From the human T2T-CHM13v2.0 reference genome, Homo sapiens, in assembly GCF_009914755.1 (NCBI RefSeq), contig NC_060925.1: 64,000 nucleotides of DNA. One strand, written 5' to 3'. Positions 12,700-27,530 of this stretch are shown here, piece by piece (position 1 is the first letter of the stretch; every line of letters begins with the position of its first letter). The translations under genes and the position numbers were made by a program. The notes below the pieces were generated by a model. The model was not told the origin of the DNA. It saw only the letters and a program-made list of their open reading frames with translations, and did no database searches.

Positions 12700-13100
12700 C
12701 AGAGACATGTGTTCTCCAGCTCCCCTCTTCAGGGCTGGCTCCTCTCTCCTGGGCTGCTGAGGGCATAATAGGCTGCAGAGGGCTCTCAGCCACTTCCCTC
12801 CCTGGGGACTGCCTGCAGCCAGACAGCTGCCTTCCCTAGGGTAATGCCCCCTCTGGGGACCAGCCCACAGTTACTGGTGGCTGAGAAGGACTCAAACACC
12901 TGCCTCCTTTCACTGAGTTTGGGACAACCTTGAATCCCTTCCTACCTTCAGAACTTCTCATAGCTGAGGTCTAAGTTGCAACCATATTACTGGGCCAATC
13001 CCAGCTTCCTCCGTCTTTATAGGCGGATCCCTCCAGAGCAACCCTCCTGCTGCAATGAACTTCATGCAACTGTGTTTCAAAGTCTTTCCAGAGATAACAC
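12700..13100 (+). mobile_element. LTR16-family solo LTR inserted in an L2 fragment
   Basis: gactgcctgcagccagacagctgccttccctagggtaatgcccc...gatccctccagagcaaccctcc resembles LTR16. L2-like sequence lies on both sides. Confidence 0.5.
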
Positions 13101-13169
13101 CTTTTAAAGCATTCTTAGATTTTCTTTCTCTGGGATCTCTCAGAACCATGCATATATATTTGATATTGT

Positions 13170-13660
13170 GTATTTTTCAGTTATCTGTTGCTGTGTAACA
13201 AGCCATCCCTAAATGTAGTGATTTAAAATAATGATATGTTTTTTTTCTTGATTTTATGGGTTGACTGTCCTCAGCCAGGCAGCTCTGCATCACCCAGTGT
13301 AGCTTAGGCCACTCATGTGTCCGCATTCACCTGGGAGCTCCACTGTAGCTGGAATGTCCAGGATGGCTGCTCATCCTCCAGGATATCTGTCCACATGGCC
13401 TTTAATCATCCACTAGTCTAGCTTGGGCTTCCTTATACTATGGTAGCTGGGTTTCACGAGGAAGAAAGTGGAAGTGGCCACTTCCCTTAGGGATTGGTCT
13501 TATAAGGTTTAGAATCTCACTTCTGTCATACTTTCTTGTCAAGGCAAGTAACAGGCCTGCCAGATTCAAGGGGAGGGGAAATAAGCTCCACCTGCTGATG
13601 GGAGGAGCATCATTTGCATCTAGGGATGAGAAGGAGTAAAGGAAACTATCTACCACAGCA
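13170..13660 (-). mobile_element. MLT1 (MaLR) solo LTR
   Basis: Starts tgtatttttcagttatctgttgctgtgtaacaagccatccctaaa and ends ctaccaca; contains ccagattcaaggggaggggaaata. Confidence 0.65.
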
Positions 13661-14082
13661 TGTAACACCATGACACTGGGAACTCCTTGAGGGCAGGGAT
13701 TCATCTATATAGCATCGTCCCTAACCCACGCACTTCCAGGAGCTGTCAGAGATTTCTGATGACAGAGTGAGCTCCAGCCCCAATATTACTCATTCTGTGT
13801 TTGGCCCCCATAGATCCTGGGCAGGAGGTAAAGAGGTAGTGAAGCCAAGCCACAGGTTGTCAGCTGCCTCTCTGGGGACATCGCTTTAATTTCCAAGATA
13901 GCAGTCCAAATGCTGTCTGGAGTCTATTTCTGGGCACAGACTCTGCCCCTGGGGCATGAGTAGGGCACATTTTATTCAGCCACATGGTTACCCAGGGCCC
14001 CAGAACCAAACACAGGCTTAATAATTAAAGCTTGTCTCTTCTCTGTCATGTCATTGTACATTTAGAGCATGTGGAAGTCATT

Positions 14083-14460
14083 AGTGTTGTTTGTCAAATA
14101 TTTCTGGCAATGCACCTGCTGAACACATGAAAGGATTGCACTTCTTGGCCCTCTTGTGGTTGGGTGAAGCCTAGTGATTAATTCTGGCCAATGAGTTGTG
14201 AATGGAAGTGACTTGTGCCATATATGGACATTTAATTGCTACATGAAGCCCTTCAGAGCTCTTTCCCTCTGCCTTGGAGACTGGCAATGTTCGAGATGGT
14301 GTCTGCTCCATCAGTTGAGTGAGGATACATGGAACAGAGCCCCAACCAACCCATGATGCACAAGTGGCATGAGTGAGAAATAGTATTTGCTGTTTGAAGC
14401 TGCTAAGATTAAGGGATTGTTTGTTATGGCACCATGACTGAGCCTATCCTGTGTGATACA
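14083..14460 (+). mobile_element. MLT1 (MaLR) solo LTR
   Basis: ttctggccaatgagttgtgaatggaagtgac...gagtgagaaata...gttgtttgttatggca...gataca. Confidence 0.65.
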
Positions 14461-15129
14461 AGGGCCCTGACTCATCTTGAGCTCAACTTAGCATTTAGAT
14501 ATATCTGGAGCGGGATAGAGGCAGGGCTCTGGGGAAAGAACTCACCTTCAGGGAAGAAGGAGTAGAGACTGGAGTAGATACTGTGGTAGGAATCCAACAC
14601 TATATTAGCAGCCCAACTAATATAAACAACTAATATATTAACATGTGTTAGAGTTGTAAAGACGTCATAGTAACACTGAATGGAATAAATATTCAGGAAA
14701 GTGGGACCATTAAAAAGATTCCTACCCCTGCCTCCTACATGTACGTTTCTTTCCTTCCCCTCCCCCTCCCCCAAATCCCCTCATTCACTGCAAGGGATTT
14801 GAATAGTTGTCGTAAAGGCAGAGTGATTTGAATGCCCAGACATTTGCATATGGGCTTTCCTTCTGTTGCTTTCTTTATTCTAGTTCGGTGGCTCTCTAAC
14901 TTTAGTGTGCCTAAAAATTTCTGTTCATGGCTGTATAAACAAACCCATGTATACTGTACTTTATGAGTGGTTTGAGTTTTTCAAGGGTACTTTAGACTAT
15001 ATGCAGTTCTTGTCTTATGCACAGACTTCAAAATCTAACCTCTGTGTAAGATGATATTCCATTGTTCAAAACCAAAGGAACCTTGTAAATTTTATGAGAC
15101 ACGGAGGGCACAAGATGTCAGCAGCAGCT

Positions 15130-15848
15130 GCTTGTAGGCCATTATCCACCCATCCCCCAAGTCCTGTTGATTTTACACCCATGGTCTAAGCTTCCATCAT
15201 CTCTTTCCTGGATTACTGTGAAGGGCTCCTAACTGCCTTTTTGCTTCTATTCCTGTTCCATCCAATTCATTGTCCATACCAGAGCCATCGTGATCCTTTC
15301 CAAACACCAATCTGGTCACGTTCGTTCCCCGGTCTGAATCTCTTCACTGGCGTCCCATTGCGCTTACCAAGAAGATCGACACTTTTAATGTGTTCTTAAG
15401 ACCACAGGATTCAGCCTTGCCTGCCTCTCCAGCTTCATTTCACAGCAGTCTCCCCTTTGGCCTTTTACTTTCACCGACACATTCCTGTCCCTCTCCCCCA
15501 TCGCAGAGCCTTGGCACCTGTTATACCATCTGCTCAGAATGTTCTTCCCCCACCCTCTCCTTTTTGCCTGGTTAACTCCTACGCATGCTTCAGATGTCAG
15601 TTCAAATGTTACGTCCTTGGAGAAGCATTTAAGCCAGCTTATTCTTTATTTGCTCTCATAGAATGTGTTGCTTTCCTTCAGAATATTTATGTCAGTTTGT
15701 AATTATATACTAATTTGTTTGATTATGTGATGAACACTTGTTTCTTCCACTAGAATGTAAGCTCTAGGAGAGCAGGGGCCATGGCTTCCTTGTTATTCTT
15801 GTATTCCTAGCACATGCAATGTATGTTTGCTGCATGAATGATTGAATG
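15130..15848 (+). mobile_element. L2 LINE 3' fragment
   Basis: L2-like body ending actagaatgtaagctc...gcatgaatgattgaatg. Confidence 0.65.
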
Positions 15849-16899
15849 GTACCATAGTGGTTTCAGTGGCAGTGATAGTGGCTGCGGAACTGAAGCAGTG
15901 ATGGCATATCCATTTCCATCTGTTTTGGGCTATTATTTACTCTTATTCTCACCTCTAGCTTCTGTGGCCTGAGAAATAGGAATTATCTCCAGATGCAAAA
16001 ACCAAGACCCAGAGAGTAGACAAGACTCAGGGCCAGTGAGTGGTGGAGTCAGATCCAGAATCTGCTCTCCAGATGCTAGGAGTAGAGTTCCTTCTCAGAC
16101 ACCGTACTACTTTCTGGCCTGTATTCTGACAAAACAGATGCCTCCTAAGGTCTCCAGTGTGGATGACTTGTGGGGTACTGATAGCAAAGTAGCATCTTTT
16201 ACAAACAGTCCTCCTACCTCTCTTCCTCTTTTTTCTCCTTTTCATCTTTCTCTTCTTTTTCCTCTCATTTGATTAAAAAGTCATTTTTAAAAATAAGGTC
16301 AGCATGGCTGAGACTTTTTGAAATGTTTGGGCTGTGGTCAGCCCAATAAAACTAGACTGAGCACAGTTTGCCTAGTTAGCCCCACCTGTGGGGCTGGTGA
16401 GGACCCGTATGTAGGATTAAGGCAGAAAACCTCAGACTTCAGGAAATGTGCTAATGCCAATTATTGCTTGTTAAGGCTTTAGGGTTTGATGGCACTTATG
16501 TGGGTTGGGGGCAAGACTTCTCTTAGAAGGGACTGACATTTCCAATTTCAGTCGTTCTGGGAAGAAGTGAATCCTGGAGCAGAAAATGAGGAGGTATGTG
16601 GTAGAATTTAGCTGGAGGGGACATTTTCCTCCTCTTTCTGGAGACTTGGTTTAGTTTGTTCTGGATTCTGAGGCCTGGAGGTAACTAGAGCATTATATTA
16701 GTTAAGGCAAGGCCAGCTGCTCTAACAGATAAACCTTTAACATCTTGGTATCTTAACAGAAAAAAGTTTATTTTTTATCTCCAAAATAGATGTTCTGATA
16801 AGTGGTGGTTTTCTTCCAAGTGGCAATCAGGGACCCAGGCACCTTCCATTTTGTGGCTCTCCCATTCTTAATGGAGAGAGTCTCAAAGTCACCTAGAAG

Positions 16900-19800
16900 C
16901 AGAAAAACTAACCGGGGTCAGGTCTCAGCATAGCTTGAGCAGGTAAGTACAGACCCTGCTCCAGGAGTAAATAGCTCATTCACCAAAATTGCTGAATAAG
17001 CTGCCGACATGTACCAGGAGGAACCAGGGGGATCCATGTAGAGGTGGATCCCAGACTCGGGCGGGGTTGGGGGTGGAAATATAAGTGTAGATCAGGGAGT
17101 GTGTATTGATCTAGGAATCCTTTCCTGGGATTAAGGATTTAATGCCTGGCAAGGACACTTGGAGTCAGTGCTAATATGCTGCCAGGATGTCTCCATGAAG
17201 CTTGGACCTGCAGCTAATTAGATGGAGGGATGCTGGAATTGCTGGTAGAGTATTGAGGAAGGAGTCAGAAGACTTAGAGATGTGATGTGAGACTATGATA
17301 CCCACTGACTATGTTTTCTAGAAAAGTCCGAAGGATACTTCCCTCACTAAAGCCATAAGAAAGGCACTAGTTATGGATATACAATATTATTGAGGAGCTC
17401 AGTAGTGGCTATCTTCTGCAGGCAGGGTTGACAGTAAGAGATGCTGCACTGGAACTGGGCTCCTCGATGACAATGGGAATGATGGAATTTTGGAATAGGA
17501 GAGACCATGTGCCAGCGGGAAATAGAGGAAAGGTGGACTTGTTTGCCACATCAAGCAGTAGAGTCAAGTGGCAGCTAGAGGTCTTCACCCAAAGGATCTG
17601 TGCTGATAGCTAATAGACCATGTTCCTAGGAGCTGGACATATGGACAGCCCACAAGGTATTACTTACCTTATATAACCAAAAAAGGTCAAGAACAGGTGA
17701 GCCAAAAAGATCAAGGCCTATGGCAGCTTCCATAATAGAAAATAATGAATCTTTAGCCATTTTCCAAATCTGAGCCCCTTTTCAGACCCAGAGTCCATTG
17801 ATTGAGGAGGAGGCCCTGTCCCCTTGAGGAAGGACTCTGCAAAGCCACTTCAATTATTTACAATAAATGTCTTCCCAATCCTTCTCCAAAGAGACTTACA
17901 GCTATTTATCAGAGTACCTGTACATGAGGGAAAGAGGAAACAATAAAATTTTTTGAGAGCTGTTGGGTATTGAGTCAGCTGGGAATGCAAATGCCACAAT
18001 CACTCCCATATTAGAATTGGGCATATTGAGGGCAGGTGATAAGGGAACCCTGGTTTAACTCTGTCTTACAGTGGGTCCAATAGATGCCCACACTGAAGGT
18101 TTGTTCATTTTCCTCGTTTCTGAGTATGTAATTAGCATGGATATACTTAGTAGTTGACAAAACCTTCATATTGGTTCTGAAGCCCAAGTTGAGATCTTTT
18201 AAAATGCTCTTTAACTCTTTGGCCAAGATATTAAATCCAAAGCAATTCCATATCTTAGGTGGCATTGTAGAAATTAGTGCTGCCACCAAAGGCTTAAAGG
18301 ATTTAGGAATTGGTTTTCCCCACCACATTCCCATTCTATTTATTGATAGGGACCCTAGAAATCCAGATTGGTCAAGGATAATGACCAGTGGACCATCAAA
18401 ACAAGGGGGAGTTCTGATTGTAGCTGCTGTGCTGGATATGGCATCTTTACTAGAACAGATCAACATAGCCTCCAGCATTTGATACATGGTATTTGATCTT
18501 TTCAATTCACATCAGAAAAAAGGATTAGAAGCAGTTTGTATTCATATGAGAAGGATAGCAATATATATTTACTGTCTTGCCTCAAGGCTATGTTGATTTT
18601 CTTGCTCTTTGTCACAATATCATCTAAAAGGACTTTGATTGTCTTGACATTCCAAAAACATCATGCTGGTCCACTATACTGATGGCATCATTCTCAACAA
18701 ATCCAACGAACAGGAAGTGGCAAGTAGTTGGACGTTCTAGTAAGAGACATTTATGTCAAGAGGACATATAGCTTACGCAGATTCAGAACTTGAAGCACTG
18801 ATCAAGCGTTTGTAGGTATGGCTCCTTGAATCTCCTACCATAAAGAAGGAGGCATAGTTCTTGGTAGGCCTATTTGGAGTTTTGAGGTAGTGAATACTTA
18901 TAGTTGGGAATAGTGTTCTAACCCATTTATTGAGTGGCCCAGGAAACTGTCAGCTTTGAATGCATTTTAGATCAAAAGAAGACTCAGCAACAAGCCTGGG
19001 CTGCAGTGAAAACTTCTCTATTTCTTGTGCCATAAGACCTTGTAAACCAATAGTGTTAGAGGTATCTGTAGTCTGGCAAGCTTTATCAGGAGACTCACAG
19101 GGGAAATCCTTAGAGTTATAGAGCAAGGCTATGCCTTCTTTAGTAGAGAACTACTCAATGCTTGAAAAATCAGCTTCTGGGGTGTTACTGGGCCCTAACA
19201 GAAACTGAGCACCTGACCATAGACCATTAAGTGAATATATGGCCAGAGCTGGCCATCATGAGCTAGGTATTATCATATCTGAGTCACAACGTTGGCTAGA
19301 CACGTTAGCAATCCATCGTATGAAGGAAATGGTACATTTGAGTCAGATCTGAACAGGTTCAGAGGCTCAAGTAAGTGCATGAACAGGTGGGATAGATTCC
19401 CATGTCATCTATCTTTGTTGAACCAACACCTTCCTTTCAGCTCATATATATCCCCTTGTCAGGAGATTCCCATGACTAGCTAGGAGATTCCCTCCTCCCA
19501 TGGAGGAGGAAAAATCCTGGGTTGATTCAAACATGGGTCAGTTCAATATAGTGGTGACACTAAAGGGCAGTGTTGACAGGAGATCTTTAAGCAGTACAGT
19601 TAGATCATTAACTTTTTATGGAGAAAGGAGTGGTCTGACATGAGTATATATATAAAGTTTTGGGCAATGGCGAATTGCTGGGCTAATTGGTCAGGGGCCT
19701 GGAAGAAGCAAGATGAAATGATCAGAGCTAGGGAGTCTGGGGATAAAGGACACGGATGGCCCTATAGGAATGGACACAAAATTTTGGTATTTTTGTGTCT

Positions 19801-20790
19801 GATATTAATGCTCATGAGAAAGCATCCAATGTAGAAAAGGTATCAAACAACTAGAAGACAAGACTTGTCCATTGAGTGTCAACAAGCCTCTGTCCTCAGC
19901 TGTCCCATGTATGGTGGCAGGGATGGAGGATCTGCATAGGCTCAATAATGTGGGCTTCCTCTCACCAAGGCACATCTAGCCAATGCAGCTGCTAAATGTG
20001 TGACTTGTCAACAGCAGGGCCCAACATCGAACCCTTAGCATGGTACTGAGCCTTATGGAGAATGTCCAACCATTTGGTGGCAACTGCCTCTGGAAGAAGC
20101 AACAATTTGTCCTTACTGAGATTGACAAAACTCTGGACATGGTTTGTCTTCCTTGCCCATGGTGCCTATGCCAGCACCACTACCCAGGGGCTTACAGAGT
20201 GATTAGTGACATGGAATTCTACATAGCATCTTCTCAGATCAAGACCCCCCACTTTACAGCAAAGGAGGTATGACAATGGACAAATGGCGTTGGGATGCAT
20301 TGGTCCTATTATATACCAAATTACTTGGAAGCTGCTGGCTTTATAGAATGTTATGTTATAATCATCCGTTAAAAACTCAGTTAAGGTGGCAGTTTGAGGA
20401 ATCCATAAGTCTAGAATTCTGTTCTCCAGGATGCAGTGTATACATTACACTAATGGCCATTGAGTAGTGTTGTGTTACAATGGCTAGAATATATGGATCT
20501 AGGGATCAAGGGGTGAAAGTGGGATTGTGCCCTTTCACCATCATTTCCAGGGACGAACTTGGGGGAACCTGTGCCTCTTATCCTAGAATCTTAAGGCTCT
20601 GTGGATTTATAGGTCTTGGTCCCAAAGGATGGGGCACTTTCACTAGGGGAAATAGTAAGGATTCCATTGAACGTAAAACAAAGATTCCTTCCCACCAATT
20701 TATTTTGGGTTCTTTGTGCCAGTAGACCAGCATACAGAGAGAGGAGCTAGATTTGCTGTTACATAATGGGGACAATGAGGAATATGTCTA
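16900..20790 (+). mobile_element. Ancient ERV-L internal region (gag-pro-pol-dUTPase; HERV16/ERV3-16A3/ERVL-E-like), heavily decayed
   Basis: Colinear with HERV-L: MYQEEPG at about 17030; GGIVEISAATKGLKD at about 18260; LVHYTDGI at 18666-18689 in place of YIDD; LTKAHLA...CVTCQQQ at about 19961-20017; dUTPase-like sequence at about 20570-20780. Confidence 0.85.
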
Positions 20791-20923
20791 GAACTTTTCT
20801 ACCCTCCCTGTGAACTTTCCCCATTCCCTACTTTACTTGTGCCTCTTGGGAACTATCTCTTGCACCCAAGTTCATGTGAATATATGGCCAGAGCTGTACT
20901 TTTGAGAGAATACAGTAAGACAG
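20790..20923 (+). mobile_element. Probable remnant of an LTR16-like 3' LTR
   Basis: Follows the ERV body and ends ...gagagaatacagtaagaca, similar to the LTR16 terminus. Confidence 0.4.
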
Positions 20924-23900
20924 TCACATTTAAAATTTTGTCATAAGTGCAATGGAATTCGTTGAAGGGTTTTAAGCAAGGGTGGCACATGATCAGATTT
21001 GCATTTTAAAAAGATCACCTTGGTGGCTGTGTGGAGAGTAGATTGGAAGGATTGGAATGGATTTAGGAAGTCAGGAGGCAGTTATAGTAGTCAAGACATA
21101 AGATGGTGGTGATTTGGACTTGTATAATGGTTGTGGTAGAGATGGAGAGAGAAGTTGGTGGACTCAGGATATTTTATAGTGAACAGAATCAATAGGACAA
21201 GAGTTCCCTTTGTCTGTTTCAGATCAATTTGTTTAGAACTTTGCCTTAGTGCATGCACAGATGTTTGTCTGAGCACTCCTTGTCCTCTCTAAGGCCAGTC
21301 AGTGGCTCTAGGGAAAGCCCTGCTTAGATCTCTTACTGGCAGCTGCTTCCTGGGAGGAAAGGGCTGTATGTATGAATTAAATAATTTTACCATTGAATAT
21401 TGAAACCCCATCATGCTCAAGAACCCTGCGGTGAGACCTCTCTAGCTTAGCCTAACAGAGAGAGATGTTTCTCTCTTTAGGATAGCCAAGACTCCAAGTT
21501 TCAGTTCTGTTTGAGCCACCCAGAGTGGCAACTCTGCAAAACTCTTGAGTTCCAAGGCTATGGTGTTTAGTTGATTTTCACTGTGATGAAGGGGGTCAAG
21601 GACTGGTTTGTGGAAACACGATGGCGACCTTTGAGATTCTCAGAGTTGGAATCTCTGAGGAAGTAGAGTTGAAGACAACTCTTCAAAAGACTGGATTTCC
21701 TGTTATCAGTCAGCTGAGGGCTCCAAGTTCTCAGAGTAATGAGACTGCCTTGGTGTTCAGGGGCTAGTCAAGCCCGATGCATTTGGATTACAATGTTTAT
21801 TATTTCTTGGATCTCCTGGAATGATTTTGGCTACCCAGGCAATCTCCCTAGAGCCTGAATTCCCCATGGCCTGCAGAATGTAATATCTAAAGATGGTGAT
21901 AGTGGTGTCTCAGAATGACTGAGGCCTGGTGATTGGCCACTTGGGACTTAGTAGGGACTCAGTAGGGACTCAGTAGATGTGTGCTGGGTGATGTGAGAGG
22001 TGGGGCAGAGCCTGATAATTCCCAGGATTCTAGCTTAGGTGACTGGGTGGTGGGACATTGAATTTAGTTTTGGATATACTGAGGAACATCCAGGGAGTCT
22101 TGCTCAGCAGGCTGTGGAATATATTTGTATTTCTAGTGTCTAGAATAATGCCTGGCATGGTAGGAACTCAATGAATAATTGTTCAACTGTATTTGTTAAA
22201 TTCTTCTCTCCAATTCCCCCAGCAACTCAGTGATCGATCAGGAGAGTTGTCACAACTTTTTATTTAGGATAATTGAATCCCTAGGTGAGAGGTGAAGTTG
22301 GTTAAGGTTGAAGACCTCTTGCTGATGAGCATGTCTTGGGATAGTCTCCACAAAGCACTTGATTCATTGAAGCCTCCTTTGGATATTCAAGGAGGTGAAA
22401 GATGAAGACCCACAGGTATCCTGGGACTTAGCTTTTTTGAGTGAGGTGGATTGGGATATGGGTGTGAAGTAGGAAAGGCAATTCCCTCTTTCCAGATCAG
22501 GATTCTACCGTAATCTTTCTGATTGTAGAGGTTATAAGTACAAGCTTTGGAGTTGGATAACATGGGTTCAGTCTTCAATCTGCCATTTTCTAGCTTTGTG
22601 ACCTTGGGAAAGTTATTTAAGCTTCAGGCCTTATTTTCCATATTTGTAAAATAAAGATATTTATATCATCTACCTCATAATGTTGTTGTGAGAATTAAAT
22701 GTTATAAAGCATGTAAGATGCTTAAATGTTGGCATATAGAAAGCATTCAATAAATGCTACCAATAATTCAATAATGCTACTAACCATTAAATAATCAATC
22801 ATAGTAATAATTGTTTTTATTTTTCCAGCAACATCATGCATTCTTTATACTTCTTCTAATTTATGAAAAAGTATCAATATTATTATTCCAATTTTACAGA
22901 TGGAAAAAAGAAGCTTGGAGAAGGGGAAATGACTTTACCCAGCTAAGAATATGGCAAAGCTGAGCCAACTAGTCAAGTTTTCTGACCCCAAATCCTGTAT
23001 TTCCCATGACTCATCTTGTGGAAGGCTGAGGTATAACTGAGTAGGTTTATCTAGCTAAGTCCAATAGCAATGCCAAAAGGTGAAATTCAAGTTCTATGAG
23101 AGTGGACACACCTGCCAACTTAGCCAGGAAAGTGTGTGTCCCATGTGTGGGTATGTGTGGTTGTGTTGGAGGGTGAGGGTAAATTGGTGAAATATCTCCC
23201 CCAACTCTCCAAGCCCTCAGAAATTCCCAACTCACAGAAGAGCATATTTTCGAACACCTTTCTGAGACCATCTTACCCAGGTCCATCTTTTGAAAAGCCT
23301 TGTCCAACAAAGCTGAATTCAAATGAAAGAGAAAAGCATTCCTTTTCCAAGGGTCTCTGTATCCTGTGTCCAACCTGAGCCAACCAAATAGCTCAAGACC
23401 TGGGAGAAATCTGAGATTAGAATATCTAGATTTTAGTTCTGATTCTGCCACTCTATGATGTGAATAATTCCCTTTCTCTCCTCAGGCCTCAGTTTCTCTG
23501 TCAGCACCAGATGGGGACTTCTTCAGCCTGACACTCCATAACTCAAGGTTGCACCCACATCTCCTACCTTTGGGGGAAGGAGAGAGGGATTATGGGACAG
23601 TGGCATCAATCTCCTTCCCAGGATGGATCCTCTGAGCTCTATATTTCTTGCCTATAGTGACCAGGGAATTTTCCTCTATTGATTGCTTTCTGTAATCGAG
23701 CTTAACAAATAGAACTTCCCTCAAATGATTCTTCCAACTAAACTGATAGAAAGCTAACCTTGTTATATTTATTGACAGAACATTGAAATAAATATTATAG
23801 GTCTAGAGGGAATGTTTCAGCTCATTGATTTTTTTAAGGAAATAATAAATGGAGCCTATTCCCTTTGGCATATTATGCTGGGAATAATCTGAAAAAATGC

Positions 23901-24187
23901 TTAGCTTGTTCAACACAGAGCTTAGAAACCCTCCTTCCACTCCCAGTGGAGCAGGGACCCTTTGCATAAATCTGCTTTGGCCCAGACAATCAATTTTCAA
24001 TTTTAATTATTTTCAAAACTCGTTTATTATTTGCTTGTTCTGTGAGTTTGGAGCTTTGCTTTTTAGTGAATTTGTAGCCAGAGTGGTCAGAGCTCTGGCC
24101 TGGATGGGGAACCTGTGGGATTTCTTAGTTCTACCCACCAGAGAGGAAAACTCACTATCCCTCTTTCCAGGGACATTTGTTCTAGAA

Positions 24188-24729
<542 letters not shown>

Positions 24730-26419
24730 TTCTAGAGTGTCTTCTCTCTTGCCCTTTTAAATGAAGCCAGCATCCTTCACCTACTAATTCTGGGGCTCCC
24801 TGGACTGAGTGGCTACTATAATAACAGTAGCCAAAGCCTACATAGTGCCCTTCTAGGTACCCAGCACTACCCGAAGAGTATTACATTTGTTAGTTGTCAT
24901 TTTATCCTCACAGCTCTTTGAGGTAGGGCAATTATTAGCACTTTTAAAAATGTGGAAACTGAGGCACAGAACAGTTGAGTATCTCATCTAAGGTCACACA
25001 GGTAGAAAATAGCAGAGCTAGCATATAAATCTAGGCTGACTGGTTTCAGGGATGGTGTCAGAGGTGGCAGGCTCTCAGGGAAGGTCTAGATCAATGTCCC
25101 CAAAGGGCAGATGGAGAAACTGAGGCCCAAAAGGCAGTCACACAGCTGGTGGTACAGCTGGAAGTAGAATCTAGATAAGGGTTCCAAGGCCAAGTCTTTT
25201 TGTTGTTATTATTACATTGTTTTACTCAGCTTCTTTTTATCAGAGCCACGCAAGGGGATTCAAAGACCATTAAAGCCAAGCCCTGTATCACCCACATCTC
25301 CCATCCCACCGAGGCTTTGAGAATCATATTATCTACTACATCACTCACTGCATCTCTTTCTCACAGTCATTTCTTCTTTTACTCTCCTAGGTTGGTGGAG
25401 GAATTTGGTACCTGGCTCAAGGGTTTCTTTTTTTGGGCAGTTTCAGCATTCATTCATACCATAAATGCTGCTGAGGACCTAGAACACACTATATTTGGTG
25501 ATTTGCATGGTCATTAGCAGCCCTTTGGGAAAGAAGTTAAACCGTGTTATAGACTAGCATACAATCAAAAGTTTGGGCTACATAGATGGCAGTCTTTCCC
25601 AATTAAAAAAAAAATCACTCGTTGATCCCTTGTCCTCCCTGCCTATCACCATGACTTTGACCTTCCATTCACAGCCAGACTGACCAGATGAGTTTCGACT
25701 CCATGACTGTGTCCATGTCCTTCCCTCCTACTCACTCCTCAACGCACTCCAGTCTGGTGTCCATCCAGAGGCCACCATGGAGACTGCTCCAAGGAGGCCC
25801 CTAGTGGTCCCCACACTGGAAGGTCAGTACTTTCCAGTTGTACCTTCAGACTTTCTCCTGCCTTTTGAAACTGTTGAGCACTCCCTTCTCCTTGAGAGGT
25901 TTGCCCTCTAGCAACACTCCTCCTGCTCTTCCACCTCTCCAGGCATGCCTTCTCAGGAGCCTTTTCTGGTTCTGCTCCACCTGTCTTGTTCAATTTTGGG
26001 TTGTCTTGGGTTGCATCTTAGACCCTCCACTTACCGCACATAGGATCAAGCCATAGCTCCAGCCACTTACTGCTTATTCCCCCAGGATTTCCTCAGATCT
26101 CAACCAGCATCCTAAATCTCTTTCCTGAACTTCAAAGTACAACCAGACATCATTTGGAAGTCCCTCAGGTACTTCAAAATCAACTTTTCAAAACTGAATT
26201 CATTATTGTCCCCTCCCCATACATGACCCATATTGATGACTTATTTCAGCACCTACCAAGCTGTTCAAGCCCAAGGCTCCTGCTGTTTCATCTCGTCTTT
26301 AGAATTGGCCCTATTGATTCTGGTTCTTAAATCCCTCTCACATTTATTCTTTCCATTTCACTCTTGATGCAACTGCCTTACTTTAGGTTCCTGTCATCTC
26401 TCACCTGGATAATTAATTA

Positions 26420-27530
<1,111 letters not shown>

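Noticed and set aside
12363-12839. 158-aa ORF
   Set aside because: It runs across L2 and LTR16 fossils, starts at a non-ATG codon and shows no domain motif.
12700-13100. LTR16 as the 3' LTR of the 4453-12337 provirus
   Set aside because: It is separated from the gag fragment by L2 sequence and appears to interrupt that L2, so it is more likely an independent solo LTR.
18011-18505. 164-aa minus-strand ORF
   Set aside because: It is antisense to decayed ERV-L pol and is most likely a chance open frame.
21470-21482. Small hairpin cctaacagagagagatgtttctctctttagg (about 21451-21481) as a miRNA or terminator
   Set aside because: The stem is only about 12 bp of low-complexity AG/CT sequence, too short for a pre-miRNA.
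21944-21976. 11-bp unit gggactcagta repeated three times; CRISPR-like or functional array
   Set aside because: There are no spacers; this is a simple short tandem repeat in eukaryotic DNA.
25370-25517. Splice-acceptor-like ttcttcttttactctcctag within a 105-aa ORF
   Set aside because: I found no convincing downstream donor, and the region resembles decayed L2.
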